DNA from: Candidatus Daviesbacteria bacterium
GTDB lineage: Bacteria > Patescibacteriota > Microgenomatia > Daviesbacterales > UBA10151
DNA length: 52,818 nucleotides
Assembly (NCBI GenBank): GCA_016183245.1
Contig: JACPEY010000033.1
Coordinates: forward strand, 1 to 52,818
Direction of reading: 5' to 3'
Part shown: positions 45,121 through 52,818 of the stretch, piece by piece
How positions within the stretch are numbered: the first letter of the stretch is position 1
Layout: each line of letters starts with the position of its first letter
Program-made: the position numbers and the translations under genes
The notes under the pieces: generated by a model
Seen by the model: the letters and a program-made list of their open reading frames with translations, nothing else
Databases searched by the model: none
Told to the model about the DNA's origin: nothing

Positions 45121-46071
45121 CTAGCGGAGCGGTGGCAGATTGATCAGTTGGACTTCCGGTTCTAAGGTGATGCCGAATTTTTCTTTGACTTTTTGGGTAT
45201 AAGCTTTGGCTAAATTATAAAAAGCTTTGGCTGTGCCGGTGCCGCTGTTAATAAATAAATTAGCATGGTAGTCAGCTATTTTTATGCCGTCTACAGATTG
45301 ACCTTTGGCACCAACTTCTTCAAGGAGAGCTCCTGCAGTTAATTTGCCGTACACAATTTTTTCCGGCGGGATTTTATCCAAAATCTCTTTGGGTAAAGTT
45401 TCTGCAATGATGTTTTTAAAAAAGCTTCCGGGGCATTTTATGCCGGGAGGATATTTGACAAACCTTTTCCAGGTGATTTCTTTTTCCTCCATCTGCATTT
45501 TTTCTAAATCTCCTTTTTCCAGCTGAAATTTTGCTTCCAGGATGATGTATTTATTCTTTTTGAAAATGCTGTTTCGATAGCCGAAATTACAATCTTTATT
45601 GCTAAATTGCTCAGTAGTTAAACTGTGAGGATTTAAAACAGTGACAGAAATAAGATGATCAGAAATAGTCTGGCCGTAAGCTCCGGCATTGCCGTAAACT
45701 GCCCCACCAACTGTCCCGGGAATTTTGGTCAGTTTTTGCAAACCTGCCAGATTGTGGATGATAGCATAATCAACCAGGTCTTGTAATTTAGTGCCGCTTT
45801 TTACGGACACCTGGGAGATGGGCTTTGGCTCCTCCCAGGTGGATATACCACTAATTTCATTTTTAATAACCAGAGAATTTACTCCTTCATCTGAAACCAA
45901 TAAATTGCTGCCAGCGCCAATTATAAGATATGGTATTTTTTGACTGACGGCATATTCAATGGCTTCTATTAAGTCTTTTTCAGTTTTGACTGTCACAAAC
46001 TTTTTGGCCGGTCCACCGATTTGTAAAGTTGTGATATTTGAAAGAGAGTAACTATCCTTGAAATTTAGCAT
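45121..46071 (-). CDS. murB: UDP-N-acetylenolpyruvoylglucosamine reductase
   Basis: IGGPA, GAGSNLL, IPGTVGGAVYGNAGAYG, FGYRNS, GSFFKN, HAN and LEPEV motifs. Confidence 0.96.
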   Translation of the reverse strand: MLNFKDSYSLSNITTLQIGGPAKKFVTVKTEKDLIEAIEYAVSQKIPYLIIGAGSNLLVSDEGVNSLVIKNEISGISTWEEPKPISQVSVKSGTKLQDLVDYAIIHNLAGLQKLTKIPGTVGGAVYGNAGAYGQTISDHLISVTVLNPHSLTTEQFSNKDCNFGYRNSIFKKNKYIILEAKFQLEKGDLEKMQMEEKEITWKRFVKYPPGIKCPGSFFKNIIAETLPKEILDKIPPEKIVYGKLTAGALLEEVGAKGQSVDGIKIADYHANLFINSGTGTAKAFYNLAKAYTQKVKEKFGITLEPEVQLINLPPLR

Positions 46072-46699
46072 TATTGTTTTCTGCCAGATGGGCATGGTCA
46101 TTCCAGGTAATAAGATGCCAGTCGTTATTTTTATTTTCACAAATAGTTAATCCGCTGGTTTCAATCTCTAAGAATCTATAAGCACGCAGTAAAATTTCTG
46201 AATTTAAATTTTCTTTCAGCATCATAGCTAAAACAACAGCCTGAATAAAAACAAGGTGTGTGACTACTAAAATATGCTCGTAATTTAGAGATTCCAGATA
46301 TTTTATAAAATCTAATGCTCTTTTTTTAAAGTCATAAAAATTTTCTTCATCAGAATAACGCCAGTTAGGTAGATGGAATTTTTTATCCATTTCATTTTTT
46401 ATTTTTATAACTTCCGGATCACCCTGAAATTTACCCGCAATTTCAGAAGGCCTTCTAATCTCAGTTACCAGGTCAGAATATATTACTTCTTTTTTAAGAT
46501 GCTTATTTATAACTTCAGTTGTCTGCATGGTTCTTTTAAATGTACTGGAAATAATTATCTCTATAGGTAAAGATTTGATTCTTTCTGCAGCTATTTTTGC
46601 CTGTAGTTTCCCTTTCTCCGTTAAGGAAAAATCCGGATGTGAATAAAGCTTTCGGACATTATGATCACCTTCACCGTGGCGTACAAAGTAAACTTTCAT
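46052..46699 (-). CDS. Histidine phosphatase (phosphoglycerate mutase-like)
   Basis: FVRHGE, SS..R..QT and LVVTH motifs. Confidence 0.92.
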   Translation of the reverse strand: MKVYFVRHGEGDHNVRKLYSHPDFSLTEKGKLQAKIAAERIKSLPIEIIISSTFKRTMQTTEVINKHLKKEVIYSDLVTEIRRPSEIAGKFQGDPEVIKIKNEMDKKFHLPNWRYSDEENFYDFKKRALDFIKYLESLNYEHILVVTHLVFIQAVVLAMMLKENLNSEILLRAYRFLEIETSGLTICENKNNDWHLITWNDHAHLAENNNAKFQG

Positions 46700-46764
46700 A
46701 ATAAGGATTATAACTTATGCGGTTTGTTTATGCATAATAGGAGCAGTTGTGATAAATTAGCTTC

Positions 46765-47721
46765 ATGGAAAAAGCGATTTTAAAAACACTAATTTATGCA
46801 GATATTTTTGATTACCCCTTAAAGATAAATGAAATACATAAATGGTTGATTGGGAAAAAAGTAACACTCAGGCAGTTGGAGAAAGCGCTGGGGAAGTTAG
46901 TGGGTAGGTTACAGGTCTTCGACTCCGAGGTCGCTCAGACTCGAGGAGTTGCAGCCTGCAGAAGATTTTATTATTTGCCAAAAAGAAAAAAACTGATTAG
47001 TAAAAGGTTGGAAAAAGCCAGGCAGTCTGAGGTCTATTTAAAAAAGGCCAGAATGCTTGCCCAGGTTTTGAAAGTAATCCCTTGGATTAAATTGGTTGGG
47101 ATTTCAGGGGGCTTGGCTTTAAATAATGCCGGCAAATATGATGACATTGACCTTTTTATTGTTACTGCCAAAAACCGTTTGTGGGTTTCAAGACTGCTGG
47201 CTTTAGGACTACTGTCTTTAACAGGACAAAGAAGAAAGGCAGGAGAAAGCGGGAAAAAAGTTGCCGGGAAAATATGCGCTAATATTTTAGTGGAAGAGGA
47301 TAAACTGGAGCAGAAAAATAAAGATATATATACTGCCCATGAAGTTTTACAAATGAAAGTTTTGTGGCAGCGGAATGGGATTTATTCTAAATACTTATAT
47401 GATAATGAGTGGGTTTTTAAGTTTTTGCCAAACTGGGTGGATTCGTCATTGCGAGCCCCGAAGGGGCGTGGCAATCTAGTACCGCAGAAGATTGCTTCGT
47501 CGCATTCGCTCCTCGCAATGACGTGGATGGAGGGTCTTGCTAAATGGTTTCAGCTGAAAATAATGCAGAAACAAAAAGGGATGGAGCGGATAGAAGACGG
47601 GGCCCTTTATTTCCATCCTCAGGATTGCCGCCTGGGAGTTTTATCAGAATATAAAAAGAAATTATCTAGATTTTTTGACTCTTGGCTCTCGCGACTAGTC
47701 ACTGACTTAATCAGTCCTTGA
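46765..47721 (+). CDS. Nucleotidyltransferase-fold hypothetical protein with repeat insertions
   Basis: TLIYADIFDYPL; GISGGLA..N...DDIDLFIV; DIYTAHE. Confidence 0.7.
   Translation: MEKAILKTLIYADIFDYPLKINEIHKWLIGKKVTLRQLEKALGKLVGRLQVFDSEVAQTRGVAACRRFYYLPKRKKLISKRLEKARQSEVYLKKARMLAQVLKVIPWIKLVGISGGLALNNAGKYDDIDLFIVTAKNRLWVSRLLALGLLSLTGQRRKAGESGKKVAGKICANILVEEDKLEQKNKDIYTAHEVLQMKVLWQRNGIYSKYLYDNEWVFKFLPNWVDSSLRAPKGRGNLVPQKIASSHSLLAMTWMEGLAKWFQLKIMQKQKGMERIEDGALYFHPQDCRLGVLSEYKKKLSRFFDSWLSRLVTDLISP
47444..47523. repeat. Palindromic element CGTCATTGCGAG...CTCGCAATGACG in frame in CDS
   Basis: Same family as 34005; encodes SSLRAPKGRGNLVPQKIASSHSLLAMT. Confidence 0.9.
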
Positions 47722-47746
47722 CAAGTAGTGCTAGTTTTGATATAAA
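47718..47746 (+). promoter_or_regulatory. groES promoter
   Basis: TTGACA-17-TATAAA with a TG extension. Confidence 0.7.
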
Positions 47747-47756
47747 CCATATTTAG

Positions 47757-47783
47757 TCCGCCTACGCCAAGGCTTCGGCGGAT
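47757..47783. repeat. Short palindrome TCCGCCTACGCCAAGGCTTCGGCGGA in the groES leader
   Basis: Hairpin; its core resembles the insertion in the SAM riboswitch. Confidence 0.65.
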
Positions 47784-47808
47784 AAATCTGCCTCTTAAGA
47801 AATTCCAT

Positions 47809-48135
47809 ATGCCAAAAGCTAGAAAAGAGTCAAGAATCAAGAATCAAGAATCAATAAAGCCCCTAATGGGTTATGTGTTGGTACAGCCTTCTGAAGCAGA
47901 AACTAGAACTGCCTCCGGTATAATTTTGCCGGAATCTGCCCAGGAAAAACCAGCCCAGGGAAAAGTGGTAGCTTGTGGTGATGAGATGGTTATGGAAAAT
48001 GGAAAGTCTGTGAAGTGTCCGGTTAAAGTGGGAGATAAAGTAGTTTACAAAAAATGGGGCGGGGATGAAATAAAAGTTGACGGCCGGGAGTTGAAATTAG
48101 TAAAGTTTGATGATTTGATGGCAATATTGGAGTGA
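47809..48135 (+). CDS. groES: Co-chaperonin GroES with heptamer-derived N-terminal extension
   Basis: IKPL, TASGIILPESAQEKP and VKVGDKV motifs; (TCAAGAA)x3 at 47830-47850. Confidence 0.97.
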   Translation: MPKARKESRIKNQESIKPLMGYVLVQPSEAETRTASGIILPESAQEKPAQGKVVACGDEMVMENGKSVKCPVKVGDKVVYKKWGGDEIKVDGRELKLVKFDDLMAILE

Positions 48136-48143
48136 TTCTCCAT

Positions 48144-48259
48144 TGTCATTCCGAGCGATTAGCCCGCTTCGACTTGTCGAAGACGAGGCGAGCGAGGAAT
48201 CTCCCACGAATGTGGGTCTGAAATAAATTCAGAGATTCTTCACTGCGTTCAGAATGACA
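48144..48259. repeat. Nested palindromic element between groES and the next gene
   Basis: TGTCATTCCGAG...TTCAGAATGACA; related to 24776-24915. Confidence 0.88.
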
Positions 48260-48280
48260 AATAAAAAAGAGGATAAAAAT

Positions 48281-50168
<1,888 letters not shown>

Positions 50169-50212
50169 GCTTGTATCTTGCTTTTGCTTTATCCTAGTGC
50201 TAGATTAAGATT

Positions 50213-50959
50213 ATGGAATGGGCATTTGTAGTTTTGGGAGTTTTAATTTTCCTGCTGATTTTGTCCGGAATTAAAATCATCAATCAATACGAAAGAGGTG
50301 TAGTTTTAACTTTAGGGTCATATTCATATACTTTGAGTCCGGGTTTGAAAATCGTTATCCCTATTATTCAAAGAGTGATTATAGTGGATATGAGGATTAC
50401 CACTTCTGATATCCCCCAACAAGAGGTGATTACAAAGGATAATGTGCCGGTAGGTATTAATGCTGTTGTTTATTTTCAGGTAGAAAGACCGGAAGATGCG
50501 GTTTTAAAAATACAGGATTATGCTTATGCCATTACCCAATATGCCCAAACAGCTTTAAGGGATATTATTGGCGGAGTTGAACTGGATACACTTTTAACTG
50601 AACGGGAAAAAATAGCAGAAGAAATTAAAATTATCGTTGATAAAGAAACTGCCGAGTGGGGAGTTAATGTGACATCTATTAAGATGCAGGATATTGAACT
50701 TCCTGCTGATATGAAAAGGGTGATGGCCAAGCAGGCTGAGGCAGAAAGAGAAAGAAGAGCTACAATTATCAGGGCACACGGAGAACTGGCTGCTTCGGAA
50801 AACTTAAAAAAAGCCATGGAAAACATGAGTAATTCAGGGGCAATTTCTTTGCGGACTTTACAAACCATTGAAGCCACCACTGCCAATCCGGCCAACACCA
50901 TCATTTTTGCCCTGCCAACAGAAATTTTAGCAGGGTTAAGGGAACTCTTTAAAAAATAA
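50213..50959 (+). CDS. SPFH/stomatin (band 7) protein
   Basis: QYERGVV, QEVITKDNV, AQTALRDIIG and QAEAERERRA motifs. Confidence 0.95.
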   Translation: MEWAFVVLGVLIFLLILSGIKIINQYERGVVLTLGSYSYTLSPGLKIVIPIIQRVIIVDMRITTSDIPQQEVITKDNVPVGINAVVYFQVERPEDAVLKIQDYAYAITQYAQTALRDIIGGVELDTLLTEREKIAEEIKIIVDKETAEWGVNVTSIKMQDIELPADMKRVMAKQAEAERERRATIIRAHGELAASENLKKAMENMSNSGAISLRTLQTIEATTANPANTIIFALPTEILAGLRELFKK

Positions 50960-50980
50960 TATTAATATTTTTCTGTATCT

Positions 50981-51751
50981 ATGAGCCATTTAAAAGATGG
51001 TCCCAGATGGAAACTCTTATTCATTACTGTAGTATTGGTGAGTATTTTTTCTGTTACTGTTTCTGATACTGATGGTTTCCAGCATTTACCACAGTTAAAT
51101 GACAGTCTCAAAAAATTGTTCCTGCAAATTGTTGTACTGTCGTTTTCTTTCTTTCTTTTGGCTTTTGTCCTGCCGTCTATACTTATGGTGATTGCAGAAA
51201 TACCCGGTAAATTTAAAAAATTTAAAAAATGCGATCTTTGCCAACAACCTGCTTATGATATTCTTTCTGGCAGCTCCAATAAGGATGAGAAAATGGGAAT
51301 ATTTTGCCGGCGTCATTTAATAGAAAGATATTCCCAACAATTTATTAAAACTTCTTTGAATTTTGTAATGGTTGAATTTCAGCCGCGGGCGACCCGTTAT
51401 ACAGGAGCTGTTTATGGTTATTACCCTGTTTCTCAGTTACAAAAATATTTTTTTAAAAAAGATGAACGTCAAATTGTAGAACAACTACTTGCAACTATCC
51501 TTGAAAAAAAATGCCGGTCTTGCGATAAGAAAGCCCAAGTGTTATTTATTTCCAAAGAAGCCGCACCTTGGGAAAAATATAATTGTTATCCTTTTTATGA
51601 GTATGCAGATAAAGGAGAATATCTCTGTTTGGAACATACTCTTAAAAGAATCCTCCCCAGCATTCAAAATAACCCTAAGCATTTTGATGATGGTGGAGGT
51701 TTATGGTTGCCGTACCTTGAAAATGGATATCAGGTAACCACAGAACTTTAG
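50981..51751 (+). CDS. Hypothetical membrane protein with two CxxC...CxxH modules
   Basis: 2 TM helices; CDLC...CRRH and CRSC...CLEH. Confidence 0.65.
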   Translation: MSHLKDGPRWKLLFITVVLVSIFSVTVSDTDGFQHLPQLNDSLKKLFLQIVVLSFSFFLLAFVLPSILMVIAEIPGKFKKFKKCDLCQQPAYDILSGSSNKDEKMGIFCRRHLIERYSQQFIKTSLNFVMVEFQPRATRYTGAVYGYYPVSQLQKYFFKKDERQIVEQLLATILEKKCRSCDKKAQVLFISKEAAPWEKYNCYPFYEYADKGEYLCLEHTLKRILPSIQNNPKHFDDGGGLWLPYLENGYQVTTEL

Positions 51752-52423
51752 TTACTTTATTACTTTTAAGAATTCTTCTGCCAACTGTCCTGTGTTTGAG
51801 GCAGGATTGTAGAAGTTTTTCCAGACCACCACAATATTGGCATCATTAAATATAGCCCTTTGTACCTCCCTTATAGTATCTCCGCCGGCAATTGAGATTA
51901 AGGTATTAAAACTGCTTCTGATTTTATTAATCTGTATATAGGGGACAGGTTTATTTTTATCAAAAGCTTCCTCATCCACCCCCCGGTGCAGTATGACAAC
52001 TGTCGGCATTTCTTTAAATTTTCGCATTATTTTAAATGGTTGTTCAACACCGATCATATCTACCATTGAGTCAAGGCCTGAATCCTGGCATGAGGCAATA
52101 AAATAATTAATTGTCTCCAAAGGTGCAGCGCCTAAGGCTGTGGCAGCATTGGCTCCTCCTTTTAGGGCAATTTGGACTTCAGTTTTACCCCGGTCCATGC
52201 ATTTGGTGTCTGCTACTATATAACTTTCAAAATCATTGCCTACTTGAAACTCCCAGGCATCTTTAAGCCTGCGGATTCCTTCTATGCCATATGCTTTGAC
52301 CAACGGCGTGCCTGCTTCTATAAGTATTCTTTCAGAAGATGGTAATTGGGAAATAATCTCCGCGCCTTCCCCGGGAGTGCTATTTAAAGCTATTTGTAAA
52401 TAACGTTTTTTTCGATCAAGCAT
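51752..52423 (-). CDS. 3-hexulose-6-phosphate synthase/OMP decarboxylase-fold protein
   Basis: LQIAL, IEAGTPLVKAYG, VADTKCMD, LHRGVDEE and IAGG motifs. Confidence 0.8.
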   Translation of the reverse strand: MLDRKKRYLQIALNSTPGEGAEIISQLPSSERILIEAGTPLVKAYGIEGIRRLKDAWEFQVGNDFESYIVADTKCMDRGKTEVQIALKGGANAATALGAAPLETINYFIASCQDSGLDSMVDMIGVEQPFKIMRKFKEMPTVVILHRGVDEEAFDKNKPVPYIQINKIRSSFNTLISIAGGDTIREVQRAIFNDANIVVVWKNFYNPASNTGQLAEEFLKVIK

Positions 52424-52512
52424 CTTAAAACTTATCTTATCCTATTGTTAATTTAAAACCAATACTTATTACTTTTTGACAAGGTAGAGTGGTTGTGTTT
52501 TACTGGATATAC

Positions 52513-52818
52513 ATGCCAAAACTCAGCCAGCGTGGTGTTGCCCATATCATGTTTCTTCTGTTGCTCGTGGCAGGATTAATAGTGGGAGTATATTTAATTA
52601 CTTCCAAAACTCCTTTTAATTTCTTACCCAAAGCTTCCTTATCCAAACCCACCGGTCCTGAAACCTCTTTTACTCTGGTTGGTCCAACAGGCTGTACTGC
52701 CGGTATACTTTGTGCTCTTTACGGCCAGCATGACCCGGGATCAGAGTTTGAGGTAAAACTGTATGCCAGGTCTGACATTGAAACAGCCAATTTATTTATA
52801 GCCAAGATGAAATTCCCT
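52513..52818 (+). CDS. Partial (3'-truncated) surface protein with pilin-like N terminus (not in ORF track)
   Basis: Translated by hand: MPKLSQRG-VAHIMFLLLLVAGLIVGVYL...; open to the window end; TTGACA at 52476. Confidence 0.7.
   Translation, partial: MPKLSQRGVAHIMFLLLLVAGLIVGVYLITSKTPFNFLPKASLSKPTGPETSFTLVGPTGCTAGILCALYGQHDPGSEFEVKLYARSDIETANLFIAKMKFP

Noticed and set aside
47718..47808. CIRCE element upstream of groES
   Set aside because: Only a partial AGTGCTAG half-site; no TTAGCACTC-N9-GAGTGCTAA inverted repeat
3704..48135. Alternative genetic code (UGA=Gly, as in Gracilibacteria/Absconditabacteria)
   Set aside because: TGA ends rpmH, rnpA and groES at their expected C termini, and long conserved genes have no internal TGA

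Overview
This is the replication-origin region of a reduced-genome bacterium that uses the standard genetic code. It is probably Patescibacteria/Microgenomates, inferred from the DUF4012 fusion, the short ValRS, the many ORFans and the repeat style. Core genes: dnaN, oriC, dnaA, rpmH-rnpA-yidD-yidC-jag, rnhA, rplY, valS, tsaD, rpmB, fmt, def, thpR, ahcY with an adenosine-kinase-like PfkB gene, murB and groES/groEL. These are interleaved with about 7 toxin-antitoxin-like modules and many ORFans. Main signals: (1) nested palindromic GTCAT...ATGAC miniature elements and 7-bp tandem tracts inserted in frame in essential genes; (2) a SAM-I riboswitch with an extra insertion, controlling an unusual three-gene operon; (3) a ParB-like plus degenerate-LAGLIDADG two-gene unit; (4) a candidate -1 frameshift (A_AAA_AAG) that would make an HExxH protein; (5) a Fic cassette flanked by 34-bp direct repeats of a gene 3' end; (6) widespread -10 boxes 6-7 nt upstream of start codons, suggesting leaderless mRNAs. 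All family calls are from motif recognition by eye; no database searches were run.
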